64,000 bases of DNA, taken from Candidatus Poribacteria bacterium. Lineage in GTDB: Bacteria; Poribacteria; WGA-4E; PCPOR2b. Both the position numbers and the translations under genes were made by a program. The notes below the pieces were generated by a model that saw only the letters and a program-made list of their open reading frames with translations, had not been told where the DNA came from and searched no databases. Below, one piece after another: positions 51,505 to 61,408 of the stretch; the first letter of the stretch is position 1; the number at the start of each line of letters is the position of its first letter. The stretch spans positions 3,936,001 to 4,000,000 of the forward strand of contig OZ244042.1 of NCBI GenBank assembly GCA_965215015.1, given 5' to 3'.

Positions 51505-52551
51505 TCACTCAACAACCCACGTATCGCCCTCATTGAGTAAGGCCTCCAGATCGCCTTCGCCTATCCGCTCTTTAGCGGTGTCGATTTGGTCCGTCATCAT
51601 ACCTTCGTAACAAGGTTGTTCAACGCTACGAAAGATACCAATCGGATGGGGCAAGCCTGGGACTTCAGTCATACGGCTGAGGAAGTAAGCCAATGTCCGA
51701 TCTTCGGCAAATTGATCGTGGGTAATCAGATCTTCGGCACTGCGAGCACTATCGGTCAAAGAAACAACCTCCGGTTTAAATCCGTTTAAGGAGATACCCT
51801 TGTCAGCGTCTTTTCCAAAGACTAGCGGTTCACCATGTTCTAAAAATACCGTATTATCAGCTTTCGTTTCCTTTTCGGTGTACGTAAAGAATGCACCGTC
51901 ATTGTATACATTACAGTTCTGATAGATTTCGACAAACGAGGTGCCTTTATGCTCGAACGCTGCCTTGATAACACCCCGCAGATGCTCTGGGTCTCTGTCG
52001 AGAGAACGGGCAACGAAGGTCGCCCCTGAAGCAAGTGCAAGGCTAATCGGATTGAAGGGATTATCGATTGAACCCATCGGTGTTGAGTAGGTTTTTTTGC
52101 CTTGCTCGGAAGTCGGGGAATATTGTCCTTTCGTCAGTCCATAGATACGATTGTTGAACAACAGCATATTGATGTCAAAATTACGGCGCATCAAGTGAAT
52201 AAAGTGATTGCCCCCAATTGACAATGCATCGCCGTCGCCGGTAATCACCCAGACGGAGAGGTCGGGGTTAGCAGCTTTGACTCCCGCAGCAATGGTTGGG
52301 GCGCGGCCATGAATGGTATGAAAGCCGTAAGTATTCATATAATATGGGAACCGACTTGAGCAGCCAATCCCGGAGATAAAGACGAAATCCTCCTTGGGGA
52401 TGCCCAGGTCCGGCAAAATCCGTTGGGTTTGAGCAAGAATTGAGTAATCCCCGCACCCCGGGCACCAACGGACATCCTGATCAGAGGTAAAATCTTTTTT
52501 AGTTAGTGTCGGAACAGCACCCGGCATTGGAATGGAGGTCTTGGTTTTCAT
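51505..52551 (-). CDS. korB: 2-oxoacid:ferredoxin oxidoreductase beta subunit
   Basis: WCPGCGD, SGIGCS, GDGD, YGLTKGQYSPT. Confidence 0.95.
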   Translation of the reverse strand: MKTKTSIPMPGAVPTLTKKDFTSDQDVRWCPGCGDYSILAQTQRILPDLGIPKEDFVFISGIGCSSRFPYYMNTYGFHTIHGRAPTIAAGVKAANPDLSVWVITGDGDALSIGGNHFIHLMRRNFDINMLLFNNRIYGLTKGQYSPTSEQGKKTYSTPMGSIDNPFNPISLALASGATFVARSLDRDPEHLRGVIKAAFEHKGTSFVEIYQNCNVYNDGAFFTYTEKETKADNTVFLEHGEPLVFGKDADKGISLNGFKPEVVSLTDSARSAEDLITHDQFAEDRTLAYFLSRMTEVPGLPHPIGIFRSVEQPCYEGMMTDQIDTAKERIGEGDLEALLNEGDTWVVE

Positions 52552-54386
52552 AGATCACCTCTTAGCAATTCATTGATTTTAGATTCAACTTCAAATATGT
52601 GGAACGGTTGTCCTTGGATTTTATTGAGCCCGACGGCATCTATCAAATACTCTGCGCTGATTAGGAGGCGCAACTGCCCTAGGTTCAACTCAGGAATGAG
52701 CACCCTTTTGAATCCTTTCATAACGTCGCCGAGATCTTTCGGAAGGGGGTTGAGATAGCGCAGATGGACATGCGAGACTGATTCACCTTCCGCTTGTTTA
52801 TGTTCAACTGCTGTTCTGACTGCACCGTAGGTTCCGCCCCAACTCAACACAAGGAGCTCAGCCCTTGATTCACCAAAAATTTCTGTGGTTGGGATATCGT
52901 CCACGATGCGAGCGACCTTTTCCGCTCTAAGATGAACCATCTGCTCATGGTTGTCCGGGTCATAACTGACATTCCCTGAGATGTCCGCTTTCTCCAAACC
53001 GCCAATCCGATGTTCCAGACCGGGGGTGCCCGGGATTGCCCACGGACGCGCTAATGTTGTCTCATCCCGCAGATAGGGTTCAAATCCATTGGTGTCGGTT
53101 GGAAAATCCACATCAATTGCTGGCAAATCCGATACCTTCGGAATAAGCCAGGGTTCGGCACCGAAGGCAATATAAAGATCTGACATGAAAATTACCGGCG
53201 TCATGTATTTGATAGCAATTCGACAGGCTTCATAAACGGTTTGAAAACAATCGGATGGGCGCGAAGCAGCAATCACAGGGAGCGGCGACTCACCGTTTCG
53301 ACCATAAAACATTTGCAAGAGATCTGCCTGTTCGGTTTTTGTGGGCATGCCTGTCGAAGGTCCGGCTCTTTGAATATTGCAAACAACCATTGGCAATTCG
53401 GCGATCATAGCGAGGTTGATTGCTTCCGATTTGAGGGCAATGCCGGGACCGCTACTTCCAGTGGCCCCTAGGGCTCCACTAAACGCTGCACCAATAGCAA
53501 CGCCTACCGCCGCAATCTCGTCTTCCATCTGCATCGTTTTGACTCCGAAGTTCCTATATCTTGCCAATTCGTGGAGAATGGTACTTGCAGGTGTAATCGG
53601 GTAACTGCCGTAAACTAACTGTAATCCGGACTTTTGAGAAGCGGCAACCAATCCGAGTGCTGTGGCCATATTCCCCTCGATGTTACGATATTTCCCCAAT
53701 GCAAACTTGGCGGGCTTGATTTCATAAGAGGTCGCAAACTGCTCCGTGGCTTCGCAATAAATATTGCCAGCCTTCAAGGCGAGGGTGTTGGATTCGATGT
53801 ATTGTGGTTTTGTAGCAAATTTCTCTTTGAGCCATTGAAAGGCGTAGTCCATCGGACGGTTATACATCCAACATACCATCCCAAGCGCGTAGAAGTTCTT
53901 GCACCGATCGACCTCGCGTTGCGTGAGATCCGTGTCTTTCAACGCTTCTCTTGTGAGGCGGGTCAGTTCTACTGGGAATACCTGAAACTGCGTCAACGAA
54001 CCGTCTTCAAGGGGGTTACTATTATATCCGGCCAATCTGAGGTTGCGTCGCGCAAAATTATCTGTGTCGACGATAAGAATCCCATTCGGTTTGAGCTTAT
54101 CAATGTTGACCTTTAATGCCGCTGGATTCATCGCTACGAGCACATCACAGATATCACCGGGCGTATGAATCGTCAAGCTGGAAAAACGGAGTTGGAATCC
54201 TGAGATCCCAGCCAACGAACCCGCGGGGGCCCGAATCTCCGCAGGGTAATCTGGCAAGGTCGCAACATCATTCCCTGCGATTGCGGAAGCCTCGGTCATT
54301 TGCGTTCCAATTATCTGCGAGCCACCGCCAGAGTCGCTCGCAAACATAATTGTCGCCTCCTCTATCAATTGTTTCTGTTTTTTCAT
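52548..54386 (-). CDS. korA: 2-oxoacid:acceptor oxidoreductase alpha (gamma-alpha) subunit
   Basis: YPAEIRAPAG, YPITPA, EDEIAA, QRAGPSTG. Confidence 0.95.
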   Translation of the reverse strand: MKKQKQLIEEATIMFASDSGGGSQIIGTQMTEASAIAGNDVATLPDYPAEIRAPAGSLAGISGFQLRFSSLTIHTPGDICDVLVAMNPAALKVNIDKLKPNGILIVDTDNFARRNLRLAGYNSNPLEDGSLTQFQVFPVELTRLTREALKDTDLTQREVDRCKNFYALGMVCWMYNRPMDYAFQWLKEKFATKPQYIESNTLALKAGNIYCEATEQFATSYEIKPAKFALGKYRNIEGNMATALGLVAASQKSGLQLVYGSYPITPASTILHELARYRNFGVKTMQMEDEIAAVGVAIGAAFSGALGATGSSGPGIALKSEAINLAMIAELPMVVCNIQRAGPSTGMPTKTEQADLLQMFYGRNGESPLPVIAASRPSDCFQTVYEACRIAIKYMTPVIFMSDLYIAFGAEPWLIPKVSDLPAIDVDFPTDTNGFEPYLRDETTLARPWAIPGTPGLEHRIGGLEKADISGNVSYDPDNHEQMVHLRAEKVARIVDDIPTTEIFGESRAELLVLSWGGTYGAVRTAVEHKQAEGESVSHVHLRYLNPLPKDLGDVMKGFKRVLIPELNLGQLRLLISAEYLIDAVGLNKIQGQPFHIFEVESKINELLRGDL

Positions 54387-54433
54387 CCATCTATCCTTCT
54401 TTCTATTTAAACCTGTCTTCCCACAAACAGGAC

Positions 54434-54976
54434 TCACGCTCCTTCACGGGCTTTCATCGCGTCATTACTCGGTTTCGGCGGCAGAGTTAACACTTCCTGC
54501 GGAAAATGTTCGACAAGATAAGAGATAATGTGGCGAATTGACACGATGCCAACCGGCTGGTTTTGTTCATTTACGATGGGGATATGGCGGTAACCGCCTT
54601 TCGCCATATACAGTATCGCCGTATCAAGGGAATCCCCTACATGTGCGGTCTGCGGGTCGGCTTTCATAAATTGCTCGATAGGAATTTGGGTCAAATCGCC
54701 TGCCGGCTTGTTCAGAATTTTCAGAAGCACATCTCGCTCACCGAAAATCCCTTTGAGAATTCCGTCGGATACAATGAGGATGGCACCGACCTTATTGTCG
54801 AGCATTCGATCAATTGCTTCTTGTGTACTCGCTCCTTTGTCAACCGTGACAGGGGAGTGCATTAAAGAGTGAAGCGGAACATGAATTTCGTGAGGACTCA
54901 AGGTTTTTGATGGCTCATCGGGGGTTTCCTCATCCATGATAGCCAGTTCTTCTTCAACGATTTCTTGGTAAAGCAC
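54434..54976 (-). CDS. CBS-pair protein
   Basis: GIFGERD, GYRHIPIV, GIVSIRHI. Confidence 0.9.
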   Translation of the reverse strand: MLYQEIVEEELAIMDEETPDEPSKTLSPHEIHVPLHSLMHSPVTVDKGASTQEAIDRMLDNKVGAILIVSDGILKGIFGERDVLLKILNKPAGDLTQIPIEQFMKADPQTAHVGDSLDTAILYMAKGGYRHIPIVNEQNQPVGIVSIRHIISYLVEHFPQEVLTLPPKPSNDAMKAREGA

Positions 54977-54979
54977 GGT

Positions 54980-55420
54980 TCATCCCTCCTTATCTTCCTC
55001 CAAAAACGCAGCGACATAATTCGCAATATCCTTACTTGAGACAATACTAGCGGGATATACACCTTCATCCTCATCAGATTCTCCAACGAGCAGTGGGATA
55101 TGACGAAAGTGACCTAGGTGCATGAGGTTCAAGGCAAATGCCATTGAATCAGTGGGGCGCAACGATTCCGGCGATGGGGTCATGATATCATCTACTTGAA
55201 CCTTGTCGGGGTTTGCCCGCACCTTGGTGATGTGAACAAGTAAATCTCGTTCCGTGATGATGCCAGTGAGCTGGCCCTGTTCATCAACGACTAACACACA
55301 CCCAAATCGCCCTTTCTGCATCAAGTCGATAACCTCTGAAATAGGTGTGCCCGTCTCTACAGTGCAAGGTTGATTGAGGTTTAGTATGCTAATCGGTAAA
55401 GATAAAGTTTGCGCGTCCAT
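54980..55420 (-). CDS. CBS-pair protein
   Basis: GIITERD, MTPSPE, FRHIP; RBS AGGAG. Confidence 0.9.
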   Translation of the reverse strand: MDAQTLSLPISILNLNQPCTVETGTPISEVIDLMQKGRFGCVLVVDEQGQLTGIITERDLLVHITKVRANPDKVQVDDIMTPSPESLRPTDSMAFALNLMHLGHFRHIPLLVGESDEDEGVYPASIVSSKDIANYVAAFLEEDKEG

Positions 55421-55505
55421 GGCGGTCTCCTTTCAATCAACGTCTGAATCAATTATATTCCTTTTGCAAAATTGGTTAAATGGATTAGCGGCAATAGTGT
55501 GAAAA

Positions 55506-55554
55506 TGGTAGCATACACCTCGGCATTTTGCAAGTTGAAATGAGGCAAAATGCT
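55506..55554 (-). promoter_or_regulatory. Promoter of CBS-CBS-korAB with overlapping inverted repeat
   Basis: Minus strand TTGCAA-17-TACCAT; GCATTTTGC..GCAAAATGC. Confidence 0.5.
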
Positions 55555-55593
55555 TCGAGAGTTGTAAGAGCTCATGGGTTCATTAGTTCATTG

Positions 55594-55924
55594 CACCCTG
55601 ACGAGTGGGGATTCCCTGCTGTTAGGGTGTCGAATGGTGCGATTAACACCCCAGCGAACCGCAGTCCGTCTGACAATCGTTTCACAGTGGGCAACGCCCT
55701 GCCCACTCGCCTGTAGGGGCTACCGGTGAGATCGAACCCATGACAACACGCTCCCGTCGAAGCGTGGGAAAACCGTTGCGGATTTTACACCCCCCCACCG
55801 TTTTCAGTCGATCGGCCGTTCCTTAAAACAGTTATACTATATTTTACGTACAAATTCAACCGTTTTTATATATTAACGGACTTCGACTGACTACATCTCC
55901 AGCCTAAAGGCATAAGGTCTTGTT
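55594..55924 (-). mobile_element. Non-autonomous IS200/IS605-like element with promoter and structured noncoding body
   Basis: Left-end-like AAGACCTTATGCCTTTAGGCTGGAGATG, TTGAAT-17-TATAAC, several stems, decayed right end GGGAATCCCCACTCGTCAGGGTG. Confidence 0.6.
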
Positions 55925-56445
55925 AGCAAGATTCGATAAGAAAAGGGATGAACGGATTGTTCATTTACCCCCGGTTTTTGCAGGAGTAAGAGTTGAGGGT
56001 ATTGTAAGCGTAAGCAGTCTAAAAGAGGTTACGGATGCGGTGATGGAAATGGTAAATTTTATTAAGAGATGTTTGGCAGTTTCATCGTTTTTTGAGAAAA
56101 TGCCAAAATTTGGTAGAGGGGAAAAAGATTGAAAACTCGCGCTGGGACTGGTTTCTGGGCGATAGGGGCAGGGAGGGTCTCAGAACTTACTATGAAATTT
56201 CATGCTTTCTAAAGGACGGATGAAAATAGTAGCGGTGCAACAAAGGAAGACTTCACTTCAGGACGCGCTCCGTGGAAATCTTGCGAAAAAGGGTACGCGG
56301 AACTATATTCGGATTTAGAGGAGTTGTTTAAAGTGAAGTGATTGGACTTGGGTTTATCAATTAGAAGTGTTTAATTTTAAAAACACTGTAATATATTTGC
56401 TGTTGTTTGGTAAATCAATTCTCATGCTTGCTCCCTTTTCAGCTT

Positions 56446-56656
56446 AGGGGAGTTACATTTGTTATAGAGATTAGGCAATTGACCAACCAGCACCTGGGGT
56501 TAGTCGTTGTCGTGGTGCAGAGCCCCGATGGATTGGAATTTCTGCTGCACTGCAACCTGCCCTTAATAAAACCAGGGTATCCTTAGCTGCGGGGAGCACA
56601 GGTTAGGATACCTGTAGCTACCATTGCCTAACTCCTATGACGGATGCGGTTGCCCT
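56446..56656. mobile_element. MITE copy 1
   Basis: About 34-bp imperfect terminal inverted repeats AGGG..TTAGGCAAT / ATTGCCTAA..TTGCCCT; internal REP-like hairpin. Confidence 0.7.
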
Positions 56657-56684
56657 GGAGGGGATAAAGTTCTTCAACTTGGCT

Positions 56685-56713
56685 TTGACAACTGATACGA
56701 TATATGATAAAGT
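56685..56713 (+). promoter_or_regulatory. Putative sigma70 promoter
   Basis: TTGACA-17-TAAAGT with TG extension. Confidence 0.5.
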
Positions 56714-56810
56714 GTCTAAAATAACTCGCTCACAATTATACTTGTCGTGTGTGCATCTCAGATAGCAAGCCCATATAGTTTTGATTGGAATCATAGGAGA
56801 ATAAAACATA

Positions 56811-58370
56811 ATGATCAAGATGACCGGCGGTCAGGCACTGGCAAAATCGCTGTACCGAGAAGGGGTAAGGGTCGTTTTTGGATTGCCCGGTGCTGGACAG
56901 TATGAAGCGATCGATGGCATTTACGAGGAACCGGAGATTTGCTATTTTACTACCCGGCACGAACAGGCAACCACTCACATGGCGGACGGATATGCCCGTG
57001 TCAGTGGAAACATTGCAGCGGCGTTGGTAATTCCGGGGGCGGGTGTGTTTAACGCCTCCACCGGTGTCGCCACAGCTCACGCTGTATCTTCGCCGATACT
57101 GATGGTGACAGGCAGACATGACCAAGGCAGTAACGATGAGATGGATTCGATACGACAAATCACCAAGTGGGCAGCGCGGGCAACGAGTCCTGCCGACGTG
57201 CCTGTGGTCCTCCATGAAGCATTCCGCCAGTTGAAAACCGGCCGTCCACGTCCCGTCTATATTGAGGTTCCACATGAGGTGCTGGCAGCGGAGGAGGAGG
57301 TCAAATTGCTTGAGTCGGAGTCGTATGATCCGCCCGTAAGTGATTCGGAGCGGATTTTACAGGCGGCGCACCTTCTTGCAAAAGCGCAACGTCCCGCTAT
57401 CTGGGCTGGAACCGGTGTGCAGCGTTCAGAGGCTTCGCAGGCACTCCAAGCGTTGGCGGAGCACCTTCAGGCACCAGTGGTGACAGGGCGTGAAAGCAAA
57501 GGGGTAATATCAGACCATCACCCGCTTTCTCTCGGCATGGGTGAACTTCGCTTTGACCCTCTCCGAAAATGGCTCGCACAACGGGATGTCATTCTCGCTG
57601 TGGGAACGACATCCCGGTTTGATGCGATCAACGATAAACAGCAGCTTATCCGTATTGATATAGATGAGGTGGAGATAGAGCGTACAACCCATAACTGCGT
57701 TGGTATTTTGGGAGATGCGCGATGTTGTTTGGAAGATATTTATCGTATCGTCTCAACCTCAACACCTGCGCGTCCAAGCTGTGCAGAAGAGGTACGCGCT
57801 ATCAACGCCGCACGGTTTGATCCAAAGATTCAACTTCAACCTCAATGGGGATTTATGCAGGCAATTCGTGCGGCGATTCCCGACAACAGTATTTTCGTTC
57901 AAGGCATGAATCAGATTGGATACTATAGTCGTAACTACTATCCGGTGTATGAACCGAGGAGTTACCTTATTTCGGCGGGCAACCTCGGCGTAGCTTTTCC
58001 CGTCGCACTTGGAGCGAAAATAGCGAAGCCGGATAAGGCGGTGGTGGTCGCCTCCGGTGATGGTGGCTTTCTCTACAACTCTCAGGAGTTAGCGACCGCC
58101 GTTCAGTACGGGATCAATGTAGTGGTGATTGTGTTTAACGACAACGCTTACGGAAACGTTCTCCGCGCCCAAATCGAACAGTTTGACGGGCATGTGTTGG
58201 GAACACAACTATATAACCCGGACTTTGTCAAGTTGGCTGAAGCGTATGGGGTGCGGGGTGTCAGAGCGCACGATGCCGAGCAATTGGAATCAGCATTGCG
58301 TGAGGGACTGGCGGCTGATGCACCAGTAGTCATCGAGGTGCCTGTCGGTAGGATGGATCGGCAATATTAG
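56811..58370 (+). CDS. Thiamine-diphosphate enzyme (acetolactate synthase-like family)
   Basis: VFGLPG, RHEQ..MADGYAR, GRPRPV, GDGG..NDNAYG. Confidence 0.93.
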   Translation: MIKMTGGQALAKSLYREGVRVVFGLPGAGQYEAIDGIYEEPEICYFTTRHEQATTHMADGYARVSGNIAAALVIPGAGVFNASTGVATAHAVSSPILMVTGRHDQGSNDEMDSIRQITKWAARATSPADVPVVLHEAFRQLKTGRPRPVYIEVPHEVLAAEEEVKLLESESYDPPVSDSERILQAAHLLAKAQRPAIWAGTGVQRSEASQALQALAEHLQAPVVTGRESKGVISDHHPLSLGMGELRFDPLRKWLAQRDVILAVGTTSRFDAINDKQQLIRIDIDEVEIERTTHNCVGILGDARCCLEDIYRIVSTSTPARPSCAEEVRAINAARFDPKIQLQPQWGFMQAIRAAIPDNSIFVQGMNQIGYYSRNYYPVYEPRSYLISAGNLGVAFPVALGAKIAKPDKAVVVASGDGGFLYNSQELATAVQYGINVVVIVFNDNAYGNVLRAQIEQFDGHVLGTQLYNPDFVKLAEAYGVRGVRAHDAEQLESALREGLAADAPVVIEVPVGRMDRQY

Positions 58371-58424
58371 ATTGTGTTAGCATACGCAGATGTTAAACGT
58401 TGAGTCATGTGGTTTTTCGTTTTT

Positions 58425-58627
58425 AGAGGAATTGCATCTGTTATGGAAATTAGGCAATTGGACAATCAGCAACTGGGGCTAACCACTGTCGCGGTGCAAA
58501 GGCTAGCCTCGATGAAATCGGGGTATCCTTAACTGGGGGGAGCACAGGTTAGGAAAGCTGTGGCTACGAGTAGATTGCCACTGTGCTATGCCAAGGGCTT
58601 ACACAATAATTTACATGCGATTGCCCT
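58425..58627. mobile_element. MITE copy 2 (same orientation as copy 1)
   Basis: Shares TTAGGCAATTG, CTGGGG, GGGTATCCTTA, GGGGAGCACAGGTTAGGA; ends ATGCGATTGCCCT. Confidence 0.65.
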
Positions 58628-58787
58628 ATTTTCATTTTTTCGTTGGCTTCATTATTAAAAATGCTTTATAATACACTAGACAGCGTTGAGGCACATCCAG
58701 CAAAATAATTTCCCCAACGCCTGATGTGGCAGAACAGGCAAAAATTTAACTTGTTGGGAAAGCCTAAGAAGAAAAGGAGGATTTGCT

Positions 58788-59219
58788 ATGAGTACCTTAC
58801 TTCATGTGGGGATACGCGCTTCCAACCTTGACCGCTCAATCCGTTTCTGGCGGGATGGTCTGGGATTGAAGGTCGCCAAGCGGCGCGGAAACCGCTATGA
58901 CCTTACAGATGGCTATCATAACTTCGCTGTATTCCAACACCAAGGTGAGGAACGTCCAGCACATTTAGGCGGAATGCTGGATTACCTGCACATCGGTGTC
59001 GGCGTGCCTGATGTCGCTGCGGCGGCGAAACGCTTACGGGAGATGGGATACGAAATTTTCTCTGACGGTCTAGGCGGTAAAGAGCCGCTGGACCCGGATA
59101 ATCTCCAAGAGCTTGCCTTTAAGGTGGAGGACCCAGACGGGATTACCGTTGATGTCAATGGAACCGATACAAATTGGCCCGGTACGACGCTGCATCCGAG
59201 AGTGAAGCGTGAAACGTGA
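58788..59219 (+). CDS. VOC (glyoxalase) family protein
   Basis: LHVGIR..RSIRFW..GLGL, LHIG..PDV, DPDG. Confidence 0.9.
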   Translation: MSTLLHVGIRASNLDRSIRFWRDGLGLKVAKRRGNRYDLTDGYHNFAVFQHQGEERPAHLGGMLDYLHIGVGVPDVAAAAKRLREMGYEIFSDGLGGKEPLDPDNLQELAFKVEDPDGITVDVNGTDTNWPGTTLHPRVKRET

Positions 59220-59355
59220 AAACAGGTGGTTCACAGGTTCATCGATGAACTTATAAACTCATGTTTGAACTCTTGAACAATATGGCAACGATAGCCTCAC
59301 AACTCGCCCCAAAGGTTGAGAACGGGTGAGAGTTATCCCAAATAGGATATGAAAA

Positions 59356-60288
59356 ATGACTGATTATCGCTTCAAGCTCGGTATGTACCTTCCTGAATTG
59401 CGTCTGCCCTTTGATGAAGCATTGGCAAAAGCAAAGGATATTGGCGCAGAGTATGTTTGGTTTAATAGTCTATCTGATGAACTGCCAATCTCTGAGATGA
59501 GCGATGCGGAAGTAGATCGCATGGGAGAGCGCGTCGCCTGGCACGATTTAGAGATTTTTCTGATAGGTGCCAGTAACCCTTTCAAGCAGATCCATCTAAC
59601 TGATTTGGGTCTGGACACGCTGGAGACGCATCCGGCATTTCACAAGGAGTTTGATAACTTCAAGCGTTCCCTGCAGGTCGCCCGTCGTTTGGGAATAGGT
59701 GCGGTGAATATCTTCACATTCGCTTGGCCCGGCGAGTACAGTGCGGGTAAGCCGACTTGGCCCATGCGTTGGCGGACGCGGGGTGGTGTCATTGCTGATA
59801 TTGACATGGAGAAGTTAGTAAAGGCATTCTCGATGGTCGCAGAGGAGGCAGAGCGATGCGATATTGATGTCGCTCTCAGCATGATGCCCTGGAATTACAC
59901 CAATACGACCGTCAATTTCCGTCGTGTCGCCGAAGCCGTCGGTTCAAAACGGCTTAAAGTGATGTGGGGTCCCGCAGACAACACGAACTGTGGTGAATCG
60001 GATACGGCAACCGCTGGCTTCGACAATGTGCGCCCCTATTTGCATGGCCTTCACTTAAAAGATTTGCGTGTAATCGATGGATTGCACCTCAATTTTGAGT
60101 ACTGTCCTCTCGGTGAGGGCGATGTTGATTACCTTACGGTGTTACGCAATTTGCGCGATAACCGCTGTGATGTAGTCCTGTCCGTTGCAACACATTTCCA
60201 GCCGCCCAGTGGTTCCGCTGAAGAAGCAATGTGCATCAATTACGCGAATCTCAAGGCACTCATCCACAAGGTTGAAGCTGAAGGATAG
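59356..60288 (+). CDS. Sugar phosphate isomerase/epimerase TIM-barrel protein
   Basis: LHLKD, PLGEGDVDY, VATH; several usual acidic ligands substituted. Confidence 0.8.
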   Translation: MTDYRFKLGMYLPELRLPFDEALAKAKDIGAEYVWFNSLSDELPISEMSDAEVDRMGERVAWHDLEIFLIGASNPFKQIHLTDLGLDTLETHPAFHKEFDNFKRSLQVARRLGIGAVNIFTFAWPGEYSAGKPTWPMRWRTRGGVIADIDMEKLVKAFSMVAEEAERCDIDVALSMMPWNYTNTTVNFRRVAEAVGSKRLKVMWGPADNTNCGESDTATAGFDNVRPYLHGLHLKDLRVIDGLHLNFEYCPLGEGDVDYLTVLRNLRDNRCDVVLSVATHFQPPSGSAEEAMCINYANLKALIHKVEAEG

Positions 60289-60290
60289 GC

Positions 60291-60378
60291 GGGCAACCAC
60301 GAGGGTTGCCCCTACAGTAAGATCTGTGATGTGCAATTGGGTGTGACCGTCGGAACGCGCAATGAATTGCGCTACTAC
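60291..60378. repeat. Two REP palindromes ending CTAC
   Basis: GGGCAACCACGAGGGTTGCCCCTAC; GCGCAATGAATTGCGCTACTAC. Confidence 0.75.
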
Positions 60379-60427
60379 AAACTAAAGCCGCGTGACGTTT
60401 CAGTGATAACTACCGGGGGATAGTGGG

Positions 60428-61261
60428 GTGTGTGTTCAACAACTAGTGAATCATGATCGCCTGTGCGTTCACACCGTAACAACTAAGCCGTGGTCAATTG
60501 AAAAAATCATCGAAAACTATCCAAAAGCTGGGGTGAAAGCGGTCTCTGTTTGGCGCGACCTCTTGGAAAATCGGGATGCGGCGAAAATTGGCGGTCAGAT
60601 TCGGGATACCGGAATGGAAATTGTTTCCCTCGTTCGCGGTGGGTTTTTCACCGGTAAAACCGAAACTGAAATCCAAGCTTCCCTTGACGACAACCGACGG
60701 GTAATTGATGAAGCTAGCGCGCTAGGAGCACCGATGGTTGTTCTAGTCTGTGGTGCGTTGCCCGGTCAATCAATTCCGAGATCACTTTCTCAGATTCAAA
60801 CCGGCTTGGAAACCCTCCTGCCTTACGCCGAAAAGCGCGGCGTGAAATTGGCAATTGAACCCCTCCACCCTATGTATGCAGATTCCCGATCTGCCATCTG
60901 CACCATGAAGACCGCCAATGAGTTTGCCGAGAGATTCGATTCTCCCTATATCGGTGTTGTAGTGGATGTCTTTCATCTGTGGTGGGATCCAGACTTGGAG
61001 AACGAATGCAAGCGTTGTGGCAAACACGGAAACCTGTTCGCTTTCCACATCTGCGACTGGAAGATGGATATGGAAGATATGCTTAATGACCGAGGATTGA
61101 TGGGTGAAGGGGTTATTAGGGTCCGGGAGATTCGTTCTTGGGTGGAGGCTGCTGGATTTAACGGTTTCCATGAAGTTGAGATTTTCTCCAACCGCTTGTG
61201 GGAGGGTGATCAGAAAGTGGTATTGGAACGCATCAAGCAGGCATATCTGGAATATGCTTGA
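60428..61261 (+). CDS. Sugar phosphate isomerase/epimerase (xylose-isomerase-like TIM barrel)
   Basis: LAIEPLHP, DVFH, HICDW, DRGLMGEG, EVEIFS. Confidence 0.9.
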   Translation: MCVQQLVNHDRLCVHTVTTKPWSIEKIIENYPKAGVKAVSVWRDLLENRDAAKIGGQIRDTGMEIVSLVRGGFFTGKTETEIQASLDDNRRVIDEASALGAPMVVLVCGALPGQSIPRSLSQIQTGLETLLPYAEKRGVKLAIEPLHPMYADSRSAICTMKTANEFAERFDSPYIGVVVDVFHLWWDPDLENECKRCGKHGNLFAFHICDWKMDMEDMLNDRGLMGEGVIRVREIRSWVEAAGFNGFHEVEIFSNRLWEGDQKVVLERIKQAYLEYA

Positions 61262-61408
61262 ACCTCAATATTTATGGAGAAAATCGAGTTGATATCGGAC
61301 AGATTGTTTTGTATTTCGTCGTGGTTTCATGTAAAGAGAAGTATAAAGTATTAAAGCATCCGCGAATTAACACGAATCTACGCAAATAAAAAAAGAAAGA
61401 CTAAAGAC

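Noticed and set aside
55594-55924. Group I/II intron or HEARO RNA
   Set aside because: No P7/R-S elements, domain V or HEARO 5' consensus recognised.
55920-56440. 70-aa ORF and purine-rich tract
   Set aside because: No RBS or recognisable motif; cannot support a gene call.
58682-58775. Riboswitch upstream of the VOC gene
   Set aside because: Only one stem (GCGTTG/CAACGC); no known aptamer consensus.
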